Origin: Jimgerdemannia flammicorona
Taxonomy: Eukaryota
Assembly: GCA_003990765.1 (NCBI GenBank)
Contig: RBNJ01000012.1
Location: forward strand, 1-64,000
Length of the DNA stretch: 64,000 nt
Direction: 5' to 3'
Shown here: positions 23,680-37,667 of the stretch, piece by piece
Layout of the letters: every line of letters starts with the position of its first letter
How positions within the stretch are numbered: position 1 is the first letter of the stretch
Program-made: the position numbers and the translations under genes
Notes under the pieces: model-generated
What the model was told of the DNA's origin: nothing
Database searches by the model: none
The model's input: only the letters and a program-made list of their open reading frames with translations

Positions 23680-23776
23680 ACTGACGTTTTAAGACACAAT
23701 GGCAAGAGAATATGTTACCGACATTGGATTCTGTGAAAATGCGAAATTTAAGATTACAGACCGAAAGTATTTGTAT
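23680..23776 (-). pseudogene. 5' end remnant of an inverted MG-N family copy
   Basis: gacgtttt...ggcaagagaatatgttacc...attggatt...aaaatg...ttacagaccga matches 14749-14865. Confidence 0.6.
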
Positions 23777-25236
23777 TGTGACAAGCGAACACTATAGTAT
23801 AGCCAGATGATGTACAAAGAATACTTAGCATCATTACTCTATATAGTTATCCACATACATCACCAATTTGTATAAATAATCAGATGTATATACTAAATCA
23901 GAACATACTGTCCCTTGAGAGAATACTTGTCCCCTGAGGGAACACCTGTTTCCTGAAGAAAAACTGGTACTATAAAGTAATGAGAATTCACAGCTTCTCT
24001 AAAATTAACCTACTGTATATTCTATAATTATCTAAATAGCAATCAGATAGCAATCACACTTATATAAAATATTCTAGAGATTTGAGTAAATAAATCTCAG
24101 TCTAAAATCTAAGTTAAAAGTAAAACTCAAGTCTGTTTAATATACTTCAAGGGATATATATCTGTCAAAAGCCACTCAATCTAAAGAAAAAAATTGCAAT
24201 ACTTAAGAGAAATACCTACTCTAAAGCTACTATTAATGTAATAATTTCTTAATCATATCTTAGTCATTGATATTTTTACATGTTTTCTCTAGTCTTTTCT
24301 TATATTTTCTAAATTATTTCACAGTATTTTAATATCTTCTGAATGCTTAGAAATTCTTTCTTGGCACTAAGACTTTATTAGAATATTCTTATCTTTTCTT
24401 AGTACTAAGTATCTTATCTTAGTTTATTATAAAATCTTTATAGAATATTATAGAATTCAATTAGTTATCTTTACTGAGAACTATTTTCTTGACCTTGCTT
24501 TTTATTTCTAAGATCCTTCTAGATCATTCTTTCAGATCTTATATAAATATTCTCAAATAAAACTTAGCTTCTTTTTTCCAAAAATTCTTTGAGACTGAAC
24601 CTATAAATATCTCTTTGAACTACTTTAGACCTACCAGAAATCTTTCAGATTTAGTCACTTTTTCTTAAAGAAACTAAAACTATTATACTAGATAGTAGTA
24701 GGAAAGTTATATCTTACTCTATTAAGAAATTTCACACAATTCAGAAACCAGTCACAACTAGTCACATAAATCCAAAATGAATATCAGAGAACTAGTCAAC
24801 TGTTCAGAACTCTCTATAGTAGAAGATGCAGATCTAGAAATCTAGATTGATCTAAAAGAGATAATTACTATAATAGGATATCAAATTTAAAATCTATAAG
24901 TATAATTAGAATAATAGAAAATAAGAAGTATAGTTATAGCAGCTTACTCAATAATTATAACTATTAGCTTTAAGATATTCAAGTTAGATATTTTTAATAG
25001 TCATTGAGGAAAACTATCTACTAATGCTTAGATCTTCTAATTAGACCAATACTTCAAGCTTATAAGAATAGAACAAGGCATATAAGTCCAATTTACCACT
25101 ACTCTCTTGTAAGAAAATATAGCTATTTAGTAGTATAATTACATTATAACTATATCTACCTATTGAGAAACAAGAGTAAAAGATTGAATAATATTTAAGG
25201 AGACTCTTCACAAGTTGTTCAAGTTTACTAATACTA

Positions 25237-28200
25237 TTTTTTTTTTTTTTTTTTTTTTTTATAAGTCTCTTAGACTGTATCCTTTATTAATATATGTATC
25301 TATCTATCTTATATATAATATACTGAGCCCACCCCTACCCAATCTCCCTAGGGGGCCATCCTCTCACACTCTCTCGATTAAAGACCACTAGGTCATTAAT
25401 CATCTCCACCCTTCCACCACTCTACTCATAGATCTCCTTTACTAAACAGTATCTACACCAATCCTAGAGACCCCATCCAATCCATTACCCTGTCAGTATA
25501 TCTCCCATCAATTCCTCTTATCTTAACAACCTCTTCTGTAAACCCAACTGTCACTCCTCCTCAAAAACAAAAAGCTAATGTCCAGCTATCCCCACTTATA
25601 TAGCTAATATTCACTCTACTATAAGCTACTCATTATCTATACCTCCTATCAACCTAGTGCTCAAATCTTCCCAGCAACCTCTCTCACCATCTGGTCTCCT
25701 CTTAATACTCAGTTGTTCCTCTACAGTTACCCAAAAGTCCCCCAGAACCTCACACTCTCCCAGCTAATGTTCTGGTGTCTGTACTATCTCCCCAATCTGT
25801 CCTACATTATAATACTTCTCATATTCTAGGAGTTCTCCATCTATCAGATGTCTAGAGTGAAAATTTAACATAATATTCCTCTGTAGCATCTGCTACCATA
25901 TTACCCAAAACTTGAGAGGAAGCCACCTCTGCACCTCAGCACTCCATGATCAAACTTCTGCCTAGTTCCACTCTCCAATCTCTACTGCTTGCCAACTGCT
26001 AGGCCAAAGGTTCTGACTAAGTCCCTGCTGATACTCTACTCTATCACCAATATCAAACTCAATAAGTGAAGTGCCCCTCAATAGCAGTCTGTCTCATCAC
26101 TATATAGCTGATCCCCACAGCATCTCTCCTTCATTACTATACCAGCACAAGCTAATATAGTGTGCTCCATCTGCTACTCTCTACTAGAATCCTTTATATC
26201 TTATCCAGTGGCTTCCCCCCAGACCCACCAGGGATAGCAGATCTTCTAAGGACCCTCTTAAAGAGAATCTCATCTCCTACACCTTCTGCAATAGAGGCAC
26301 CCACCCACTACCTTATAGTTCAATAGTACACTTTAACCACCAAGCTCTCAGACAGTACAGCTGCTTAGAAAAATCCACCAGTCCTAGTCCCCCTCAATCT
26401 ACTGATATTAAAAGGGTATCCCAACTAATCTGGGACCACCTCTTAGTTCAAATCTAATTCCTAGTCAGTTTCACCAGTCTCTTCACCACCCAAGCTGGAA
26501 AGTCCAAATAATATATAATATATCATAGCTTAGAGAACCAGTAGACATTCAGAATTAATACCCAGTCTGTCAGAGAGATGTGGTGACCTCCCCAACCTCT
26601 AAGAGCCTCCCCCCAGATGGCCACCCTTCTCTCCTACCATACCCATGACAAGACAGACTTATATACTAAAAGGAAGATGCCCAAATACCTCACAGCCTCT
26701 CCAGTATTCCAATGATGTCCCCTCTCACTAGTCTATTTCCCAGCACCATTGTCTCATACTTATGCCGGTTGAGTTTTGCTCCAGAGTATACCTCATACCA
26801 TTCTACTGTCTTTTTAAGTGCCTCAATATCTGCTACTGATCTAAGTCCAATAACCATATCATCTGCAAAGACCCCCACCTTCCACACTATATGCACTATA
26901 GATAGAGAGTTCTGTCACCTTCTATCAGATTCTATCCATCAAAGGTTCCAATGAAAGGACATATAGTATAGGAGACAGTGGATCTCTCTGAGGGACTCCT
27001 GGGGAAATACCAGGTCCTGGTAACTATTACACATTAGAGCCACCCTACTGCCCTCTAATAGCTTCAGAATAGAGACTTGAAAAGGTGGGAGAATACCAAT
27101 TCAGTCCAATACCTTGCCCAGCCACATCTGCCAAATATGATTATAGGCTTTCTCCTGATCCAAGAAGACCAATCTCTCATCTAATCCACTAGTCTGAGTA
27201 CCTTCAATGACACCATGGACCTAAGCTATCCTATCTCTGATAAGTCTGTCTCTAACAAAACCCTGCTACTCCTCACCCAGCACCTGTTGGGCAATCTTCT
27301 GCAATCTTGCTACAATCATCTTGATAACCATCTTTCTGTCCATATCCAGGAGTATGATCAGCCTCCAGTTCTTCCAGTCCTCCCTCCTACCCTTGTCCTT
27401 ATAGAACAGGGCCACTAGCTCTAGATTCTGTCCTCCAACCCACTTACCATTCAGAAGAACCAGGTCGCAGAGAGCTGTTATCTCTTCCAATACTCCAGGG
27501 ACCCTCACTATCTTCTTCCAAAAGTCCCAAGGTAATCCATCCTCTTCAGGTGCTGTTCTAAGTTTAGTTGTTATAAAGACTCTCTGGATCTCCTCCTCTT
27601 GGACTGGTAGGATTAAGTCCCCCAGGCTCTTCACCTGTGGCAGCTCCCAATTCTCCAGAGTATTCCCAATTGCCTTGGCATCAGCCCCCCCTTCCTCCTC
27701 ACTCCACAGACCTCTCCACTGCTCCTTCAGCAACCCCATGATCTATTGTGTACTATGTACAAGTTCTCCCTCTACATCAAGGACTCCATCTCAACAATAC
27801 TGCACCCTTCTTGCCTGAAGAAGCCTTGATAGATATCTAGTAGGTCTCTCACCCTCCACAAGCCCCTGCTACCTCAGCCTAGCTGCCATACCTTTCATAT
27901 ACATCTCCTTCTTCTCTCTCAGCACTTGTTGTAACTCTACTACCTCAAACTTAGCTTACACCAACCTCCAATCATCCACCTCTCCAGAATTTAACAAGTC
28001 TGCCCATTCCATTTGCAATCTGACTAATCTATTGGAAGCCCACCTCACTCTTCTCCTCCTCTGCCTTCTAGCATCCCTATCAGCTCTACCTCAATAAACC
28101 CTTGCAGCCTCTTTTAGCTTCATCTACTAGACACCTACTGGTGAGCCCTCATGTATCCAACTAGCAATCTTCTCCTAGATGTTCTCCATTCAAGGGTCCC

Positions 28201-31109
28201 ACAATACTTTCTCAGCCAGCAGGGAGGAGTTAAAGCACCAATGTCCAGGTCCATCTCTACTCCCTCCAAAATGCCCCTGCTCTATCAATCCCCAGTAATC
28301 TGACCATGGACACTACTCAACCTCTAAGTTCCTCCTAATATCTATGCCCCAGCATTCAGCTATCAGAATCCAGTCAATTCTTATACCTAGGTCATTCATC
28401 CAGTATGTATAGATCCTCTTTTCTCCCTGCAATATTCTGCCCATATCTCCTAAGGAGCTAAGATTCTCCACCTCCTCCCATGTATCTAATCTCCCACTCC
28501 TTCTACCAGTACTTTTCCCTCCATTGGTTCTATCCAACTGAAGGTCCCATGCCATATTAAAGTCACCCCCCAGAACATCTACTCCATCTTCCAGAAGAGC
28601 ACCCTCCTCTAACAAACACTTGATCTATACAATTCTCTCACCCTAAGCCACAGGACAATAATAAGAGCTGACTCTCACTGGATCCCATCCAGATTGATTC
28701 CATTCTCCCCATACCAGACAGTCTCCCCAGCTCCTGATTTCATCTAGATTCTCTTTACCACTCCTCATCAGAATTACCACCTTGCCAATCTAAACTGCAG
28801 CCTCTCTCCATTCTCTAGTCCACTCTACTTATTCTAAATCATCCTCACAATATACATCCTGCAGCAACAAGAGATCAGCTTCCAATCCCTTAAGCCAAGT
28901 GAAAATTTTCTTATACTGCCTAGAGCCCTGTAACCCATTCACATTCAGAGAAAAAATATTAGTTGTACTGTTCATTGGGAATAATATTTAGAAGAAAGAT
29001 CTTTTACATCTTAGTCCTTCTCTTCTCTCTTGTCTGATCTATTCTCTGCTTTACAGTAGGCTCCACACTTGCTTGCTTATTCACTTCCAATCCTGCCAGA
29101 AGGTCAGCAAGTTCCACATCATTATTCTCTTCCATTATGTCCCTATACTCCTAGCATGCACTCTGCCACAGTTGAAGTCCCCTCCTCTGCTTCCACCAGA
29201 AAGCAGCCTGTTCTCCAGCAGTCACTGCCAACTCTTTCTCTCTTGTCTCATCAATCTCATACCCCTCCTTCTTCATAAAGATTGCCAATATCTCTACCTT
29301 GAGAGCCTCAACCACTCCATCTCCCTACAGTACCCTCTCTCAGTACTCCTTACTGACAACTCTCAAGTCTATCTCTCCCAACTCCTCAGCTGCCAGGTTA
29401 TGTATAATGTGACACATCTACCTCATATTCCCAACATCTTTCTCCATAGGCATATCTGGCCTTCCCTTACCCAACATAGAGATATCAATCCCTATACTAA
29501 CAGATTCTTCCCACTCACTATCTGAGATATCCACCAACTCATCCTCCTTAGATCCTTCAGCCTGTCCTCCTATCTCAGCATCAGGGACCCCAAACCTGAC
29601 TCTCTGTATACCCCTCATCTCAATATCCTCACCACCTTGTCTCTTTCCAGGGCCTGCCAATGCCTTGCTATCCTTATCATCCTCAAAGACCTCCAGTATA
29701 CCATCATCATATAGTGTCTGATCCCAAGCTCTCCTGACTACCTGAATATCTTCCTTTCTTAGCTCCTCTCCTCTACTGGCCTACATACTTGCCTTTGTCC
29801 CCTCCAGCCCCCCTGCTCTACTCAGCACCTTGATAGTACTCTCCTTCATACTAGCCAGCAACTCTCTCTACTGCTTCCTCCCTTGGGCTCTCTCTCACTG
29901 CTCCTTATCTACTCAGATATGTTTTTCCTCCACTATCTCCAAATGTATTGAATCTACATAAGTCTTTCAAGCTTTCACCTGATATTCCACAGCTTCTCCC
30001 AGTTCCTCCAATGCTTCTAGAAGATCCTCCTCCTCCTCCTTACTCCCCTTTACCCTTGATACCTTATAGATGAAAGCCCCCCACAATATTACTAATGGTC
30101 AGTCACTTGTCTTCTCAGTGGCTTCTCTTTCAGCCAGGTAGATCCTGACATTAACAATCAATATCTCCAGTCCTGAAAGTAGTCCCCTCCCACATCTGAA
30201 ACTCAATATTAACTATATTGCTATACTCTACCATTACCTCCTCAATCATCCTCCTAGTCTCAACCATCATCATCATAGACACTCTCTTCACTAGTAGCTG
30301 AACCACTCTGATTTCCTACCTCAAACAGCATACTATAGGGACCACCACCTCCCCTACTACTACTCCAGTCTTCAATGCTTCCTCCAGTAGACCCACCTTC
30401 TCAAAACCCAATTCCACCTCCTCCAGACCCTTCAGGAACTTCAATGAGATAGCTCTAGCTACTTACTTAAAGATAAGCCCCAGGACCATCCTCACTGTCA
30501 CTACTAAGCCCTAGAAGTACAGAGTTACTGCAAACTCCAAGATTGACTTCTTGAGTAATGGTACCACTGCCAGCCCCATCATTCCATCAGCCAGGTCCTC
30601 CTTTCTCTTTGGTTTCATCAGTTCAGTCTCACCATCAGCAGTCACATCTGGATTTTTTTCAGATTCCCAGTTATACTACTATTAGTAGTCCCCTCTCTTC
30701 CCCCAGCTGCTGCTACACCAGTCCTTCTACCTCTCAGCTGAGATGCTGAACTCTCTGCTTCCACTTCTTTTTGCTTTCCCTTTCCTCCTGCCAGATTGAC
30801 ATAAGATCTAACAGACCATCCTCTATCCTTCAGTATATCTACAAAGCTCTTTTCCTTTTACCCTCCTGCTCCTTCTCCAGTGCTGCTACTACTGCCCAAA
30901 CTGCTCTACTCACTCAGACCACTGAAAACCCCCATCTCTAATCCATACTCTCATCCAATATATTGTCAGTTGAAGGCTCCAGATCTATCCAACCTGATAT
31001 ACATGTTGGCTTACTTATTAGTTGCTATGACCTTAGTATTTCTCTCCAATAAACTATTCAAAAGTATGTTTCAAAGTTTGTATTATATGAATAGTAGTGG
31101 AGAAAGATA
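25237..31109 (-). mobile_element. Full-length L1/Tx1-like non-LTR retrotransposon (LINE), mutated
   Basis: Poly(T) 25237-25260. TSD ttactaatacta(tt) at 25225 and 31110. ORF2 from ~28975 (NIFSLNVNGL, GGDFN, RIDWIL, PEEDGLPWDFW, NWR.I.LL, FADD). ORF1 ~29010-30800. Confidence 0.92.
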
Positions 31110-31967
31110 TTACTAATACTATTAAACTAGCCAAGAACAGACTTGCAAATATCAAACAACTTAAGTCTATATGAAGTTATAATATATAATTTCTGTTGAT
31201 TCTTTTAGAACTACCTAATATTACTGAAAATAGAAAGATAGACTACTATATCTAAGGTTTAAAAGGAAATACATAAGTTAAGATTGAGCTAGAAGAACTA
31301 AGCTCTCTTAAAAAAAGTCATAAGTATAACTAATAGATTTGATATCATTACTTATGACTACTGCTTTGAACCAGAATACTATAAGAAAAACAACTTTGAG
31401 AACTATCACAAGAACTAGCTAAGACAGTGGGACTATCTCCAATAGTTGTGGATTCTATAAATTAAAAGAATACTAAACTATTCTAGAAGAGAAAGAATGC
31501 CTAAAGAAGTCAGAAGTATATTTCTTCTATTATCAAATAGAATATATTGCAATCAAATATTCTAAGAAGATAAGTAAACCAGCTAGATTAGTTACAGTAT
31601 TATCCAAAGATATACTTATCAACTCCACTATCAGCCAACTAGAACTAAATATTAAGAAGCTATATCTAAAGATCTAGATCTCTTAATATTAATTAAAAGA
31701 GATCATTAGACTTAATCTATACTCAGTTTCATTTCTGTCAGAGGAAGAGCCCTAGTATCTACTAGAATTATAGTCTAATATATATCTAGAAGACTAGGAC
31801 TCCTTTTGCTCAAACCATTCAGAGCAAGCTAAGCTACATGGACATCTTTTTGTGACAAGCAACATGTTTTCAAGTTTTCCTGTCATCTATTCTGGTGTAC
31901 AAGGTGTGGCAGGAGTCTAGCTACAGTATACAACAAGTCTCATCTGTTTCAGTGGAGTTTTCGTCAG

Positions 31968-33811
31968 ATGGCAACCCAGGGTTCATCAAGCTCTGAGCAT
32001 TTGGAGAGAAGGAGGCCTGGTCTAGGTCTCCCTAAGAGTTTTGCAGTGACAGTTGGAGCTGGTGTAGAGGCAAGAGAAGTAGGTGGTCAGGGGAGACAGG
32101 CTGATATTGAGAGTTGGCACACAGTGATGGGGGGCAGGAGGGTGGCTACCAGGCCCATGGGGGTAGGGCAGGGGAGACATAGTGTTGACAGGGGCGGGAG
32201 TCAGGTGACTGGCCAGGTGACTGGTCAGGTGACAGATCAGGTGCCTGCTAGGGGCCAGGGGTCCAGAAGTGGTGTGGCTGGGACTGGTATTCCTGGGGCT
32301 AGGCCAGTGGCTGGAGTGACTGCTGGAGTGTCGGAGTACAGAAAGAAGGCGATGATGGCAACAGGTTCTGACGAACTGGTGGTGCGTCCCTTCTTCCACA
32401 AGTTGGTGTCAATGTGGGCCATTTCAGCGAATTTTCTGAGACTAGGGATGTCTGCTAGGGAGGTCTTGCAGCTAGTGGGAGAGGAGATTGCAGGGGCAGA
32501 GTCACTGAAGTTCATCTCATCAGCTGAGGTAGTTGAGATAGGATTTGTTGAGGAGGAGGAGATGGTGAAGGCCTTGGAGAAAGGGCTGATCATCAAGAGC
32601 ATCAAGGTTGGCATGGTGAGGTGCCTGAGATGGGACCCATGGGTAGTGCAACTGGTGATTGAAGGGCTGCTGACATTGGGGAGACAGGAAACCAAAGGAA
32701 TGATAGCAGAGGCACTGGGGGTATTTGGTGAGATGGTTGATTTTGGATTCATGTTCTGGGAGGGGACTAAGCTGAGGAATGGCAATTGCAAGGTAATGGT
32801 GAGGCTGGAAGGCAAGGAGGCCACAGGGCAAGGGAGGGATTGGTCAGAAGTAATTTATATCAGAGGGCAGAAGTGCAAAGTATGGAGAAGAAAGGGTTCT
32901 GAATAGGAGGAGGAGGAATTGCTAGTCACCCTAGAGGAGAGAGAGGCTGTGAAGGAACTGCAGAAGTGGAGATGGGAGGAGTTTGCCAAAGACTAGATCT
33001 GGATCCTGACTGATGGGAGGAGCCTGCTTCTGGGCATTCCCAATGAACATTCACCACTTCTGCCATGTGAACATCCTCCAACTGGGTCTCTGGTACCACC
33101 TCGACAACCTCCTCAAAGCCCCCAGTGGTCTCCTCCTCCTTATCAGCCCACTTCCCCTTTACCAGTATATGAGTGGAGTTCTCCACACCCCCTAGTTGCG
33201 AAAAGGACACCTCAGCCATCTCCACCTCTTCCATCTGATTTTTGGCCACCTCTGCTCTTTCCTTTTCCTCCCTTTCCGAGCCCTGGAGGACTGTCTGCAG
33301 GCACTCCCAGTTTGCTCTTTGCCACCTCTTCTGAGGTGGTTCAGCTGGAGAAAGGCACTGAGGAGGACAACCTGGTGGATGTAGCATCTGATATATCAGC
33401 GGATAGAGAGATGCTGCAGGAGCTGAGTAGGACCCCGAGGCCAGCCACTCCAGGCCCATGGTGATGACAGCAGATAACTAGTATCAGGCAGTACTCAAGG
33501 AACTTGTGGAGAAGGATATCAAGGAAGTAGATATATTCAATGGATCGCAGGAGGCCTGGGAAGGATTCCTCAATGTGGCATTGCAGGGGCTGAAGTTGGT
33601 GACAGTGATGGTGGTATCACTTCTGGATGATGAAGGATATGAGGTAGATGAGGACCACATGGCTGATTTCAGGAAGGTGGCATCAGAGCGAGTAGATGCC
33701 TTCGGCAGTGGTGGGAATGGAGCCCATATCTGGAGGGCTATCTGCAAGGAACAGAAGGTAATAATCTGCGATAGGGCTAAAAAGGTGGTAGTGACTCCAG
33801 CTGAATTTTAA
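31968..33811 (+). pseudogene. LINE ORF1 (first 312 codons open, then stops and an internal inversion)
   Basis: ORF 31968-32906 and in-frame fragment 33506-33811, immediately upstream of ORF2. Confidence 0.75.
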
Positions 33812-33823
33812 ACATTTATATCC

Positions 33824-36800
33824 ATGATGATGAACAGTCTATGTATATTATTGCTAAATGTCAATGGTTTGCGTGATAGAGTGAAGCGACAGCGTTTGTT
33901 TCAGTGGCTAAAGATCAGGGGGTATGACATAGTATTTCTGCAGGACATTCAGGCCTATGGGAAGCAAGATTATGAGGAGTGGAGTAAGGAATAGTATGGT
34001 AGTATAGGGTGGAATGAGCAGGTAGGCATCTTGGTTGGCTTGGGGAGAGGAGAGCTGAAGGAGGTTGAGATATATGGTGATCGATTGGTCTGGGGGAGAT
34101 TGAAAGGAGGAGCTAGCGATGGGCTGGTGGTTGGCTCTGTGTATCTGCTGGTAGTTAGCAGAGAGCAAAACCAATGGGTGGAAGGTTGGCTGGATTGGAG
34201 AGGCTGAGATGAGATTGGGCTGGACATTCTGGGAGAGGACTTCAACATGGTGTGTGACAGGACACTAGATAGGTCTGATGGTGGAGTTGGTGTGGCAGTT
34301 TCTACAGGGCTCTCATGATGGCTTCAGGTTGAGAAGGATATGGGATTGGTTGATGGAGTATGACAACATCAAGGTGAGAAGTCAGGGCCATTCACTAGGT
34401 GGCATCCGGTCAGTGAGGATCTGGTTGGCATAAGGATTGACTGGATTCTGGTAGCAGAATGCTGGGGCAATGTTTTGGATTCGACAGAGGTACAGTGGTG
34501 TCCCTGGTCAGATCACTGGGGTGTGGAGGTGTGTGGGAGATTCCAGGCAGCCAGTGGCAGTGGAGGCAGATAGAGACTTAATGTGGCACTACTCAAGAGA
34601 CAGGTGGAGCAGGACCAGTTTGTTAAAATTACAAGAAAGGAAGTGACATGGTGGAAGAACAGTGGCCAGTCAATAGCATAGTGGTGGGGGAAATTTAAAC
34701 ATCTGGCAGGTGCATATTGGCAGAATGTAGAAGAGGTAGCTGGGAGGGAGCAGAAGGATAGAGAAAGGAGAGTGGAGCAGGGGCTTTGCTGGCAGCTGAG
34801 ACTTCTGGAAGGAGAGAACTCCTCAGGGGTACGACACTCTCTGTTGCTTAAGGAGGTGGCTGAGTTGTGGTTGGAATTGAAGGCAGCAGAAGATAGGGTG
34901 GTGGATGGGTTGCTGGCAAGATTGCAAGCAAAGTAGTTGGAAAAAGGCAAGTGACCCACCAAATACTTGTCCAGAATCCTGAAGTCTAGGAGGGTGTGGC
35001 ACAGCTGGGCCTCAGTGTTGCGAGAGGATGGAACTGAGGTGACTGATATCACAGATATGCTTGGGGAGATCTCTGGTCAATGGTGCACCCTATGGTAGGA
35101 TGATGGAGGGCTGGTGGAGGGAGAGACAGTGCTGGAGGCTAATAACAATTTGGTCAGTGGCTGGCCAGTGGTGGCAGAGCCTGCAATTGGTGGGGTGGTA
35201 ATGGGTAGAGTGACCCTTGAAGAGGTGTTGGAGGTTCTGAGGAAAGTGCAGACTGGTTCATCACCAGGGGAGGATAGACTGCCTTGGGAGTTCTGGAAGG
35301 AGTTTCGAGTGGAGTTTGGGGCATGGCTCGTGGAAATGGCAAACTTTACACTGGGGGAAGGCTGCTGGATTGGCAATGGCTCCTTAGGGCTAGTCTCTCT
35401 GCTCTATAAGGAGAAAGGGAACAGATGTGTGTAGAGGAACTGGAGGCCCATCATATTACTGAATGTAGATAGGAAGTTGGTCTTCAAGATTCTGGCAGAG
35501 AGAATGTAACAATAGATTGACCGATTGGTGGGTGATAAACAGTGAGGGTTTGTGAAGGAGAGACAGATTCGAGACAGCACAGCCTGGGTGCAAAATGTTT
35601 TGGAGGGTTGTAGAAGCTGGCAGATAGATGGAAGAATGGTGTTCTTGGATCAGGAAAAGGCATATGACAGGGTGCAGTGGACCTACTTGGAGGTGGTTCT
35701 ACAGAAGACTGGGTTTGGCATGGGGGAGGCTTGAAAACTGATGGGTCTGGTGCAAGGTTACCAGGCAGCAGTGTTGATGAATGGGTGGAGTGGCCTGGAG
35801 TTTTTCTTAGGGTGAGGTGTGCCACAGGGGGATCCTCTTTTGCCCCTGCTTTATATTTTATCTTTGGAGCCCTTGTTGGCATGGCTGAAGAGAAGGCTTA
35901 CCAGGTTGAAGATGGAGAATGTGGTCTGGAAGCTGGGGGCCTTTGTGGATGATATAGTGGTAGAGTTAGGCAGTGTGAAAGATGTGGTAAGCTTGTAGGA
36001 AGAGATAGGACAGTATGAGATATTAGCAGGGGCAAAGCTGAACTGGGGCAAGTATGAGACCATGGAGCTTGGAGCTGGCTTGGGGGAGCATGGACACTTT
36101 GGACAATTAGTTGGTTCTGAGGAGGCAGTTCGATATTTGGGTATCTGGTTCTTGGTATATGGGACAGTGCTGCTGAAAGAGTGGTGGTGTGGATTGGTAC
36201 AGAAGTGGGAGAGTGCCTTGGTGGGCTGGTCTGGGAGGGGCTTCTCTTTGGTTGGGAGGATTGTAGTCCTGAATGTATATTGGTTACTGAAGCTGTGATA
36301 CCTGGGGTACCACCTGGACTTTCCAGGATAGGTGGTGCAGAAACTGAAGAAGGTGGTCAAAGGATGGATATGGCAGGGAAGGAGACTACAGATTAGTTGA
36401 GAGGTAATGGTGATGCTGAGGGCAGATGGAGGTCTGGGGCTGGTGGACTTTAGAAGGCGTCTGAAGGTACTTCAGAGCTGGTAGGGTTATTGAATGGCAG
36501 AATTAGGAGGAGAGGGTTGGAGCAAACTGGCTATGGATAACTGAGAAGTTAGGTTCTGCCCCCGGAGTGAGGTTTGGAAGGATATGCGAGATTTGCTCCA
36601 GGTTGGAAGAGTTGGCAGGTTGTGCTATCAGGAATTCTGGTGGAGTATTGTGGAGGCTTGGCTAGTGATGGAACTTATGGGCCCAGAGCCTGGTGAAGAA
36701 GAGGAGGACCCAGAATAGCAATGGTGGCAATTTGGTGTGATTCGTATTTGTGGCTGCCTGTTGGTTGAATACTCTCTAACTGGGGTGATAGAGTGGATCC

Positions 36801-37459
36801 AGACAGGTCCACTTAAGAGGTGGCCAGTTGGTTGGCAGAAGGCTGGGTTTGGAGAAGAGTGAGAGTGGGGTCAGGTTTGGGGCTGGGGGACCTCACTACT
36901 TAAGATTGCCCCACCTAAGTTCTGGGTGGAGTGGTGGCAATTTTTGTAGAGGAATGTCATACTGGGGTATAGGATGGGGAGGATGGTGGATGAAGGTATA
37001 AAGAAATGTAAGTGGTGCTGTAAGCTGGATGGGAGAGTGGTGCAGATGCCAGAGCATGTTCTGGTGGCCTGTCCAGGGGTTGAAGGATTTTGGCAGACAT
37101 TAGAAGATTATTGGGGGGAAGAGAGTGAGCAGGCAGAGGGCCCAACTTGCCAGGTAATCAAGCATCAACTGGTGGGAGACATTGGGGATGTCTGGGGTGG
37201 CCTGGGTCGGATTATTGGCATCTGAATACTGATGGCAGTGCACTGGTGATGGGTGTTCAAGAGAGATCCTTGGATGGGAATTGGAGAATTGGTGGATCAG
37301 TGGAAGGGGTTACTTTTGGAAGTAGTGCAAGGGTGATGGTATCAGGGGAAGAGGCACCAGTTGGGGGCCATGAAGAAGGTGTTAGACATTGTCCAGAGGA
37401 GTCAGGGGTACCTTGTACTTGGTGAGAAGGAGGTGAGGTGGAAAGAAGATATAGGCTGA
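33824..37459 (+). pseudogene. LINE ORF2: APE endonuclease, RT, C-terminal CCHC finger; disrupted
   Basis: LLNVNGL, DIVFLQD, EDFN, RIDWIL, SDH; SPGEDRLPWEF, NWRPI.LLN, FLDQEKAYDRV, QGDP, FVDD; CKWC...PEHVLVAC. Confidence 0.92.
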
Positions 37460-37582
37460 AGAGCTCTTCCTTGAACTATGATTTAATAGTCGAGGGTTGG
37501 ATTCATTGTTGTTCTAAGGTAGTCAATGGGATACATGGATAGTGTAATTCTATAGACTAGTGGAATAAAGGAGTCCAAGTGA

Positions 37583-37667
<85 letters not shown>

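Larger units (their letters stand above)
31797..37652 (+). mobile_element. Full-length L1/Tx1-like LINE, related to the minus-strand copy
   Basis: ~68-nt poly(A) 37585-37652, AATAAA at 37564; TSD atatatatctagaagacta at 31778-31796 and 37660-37678. Confidence 0.95.
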
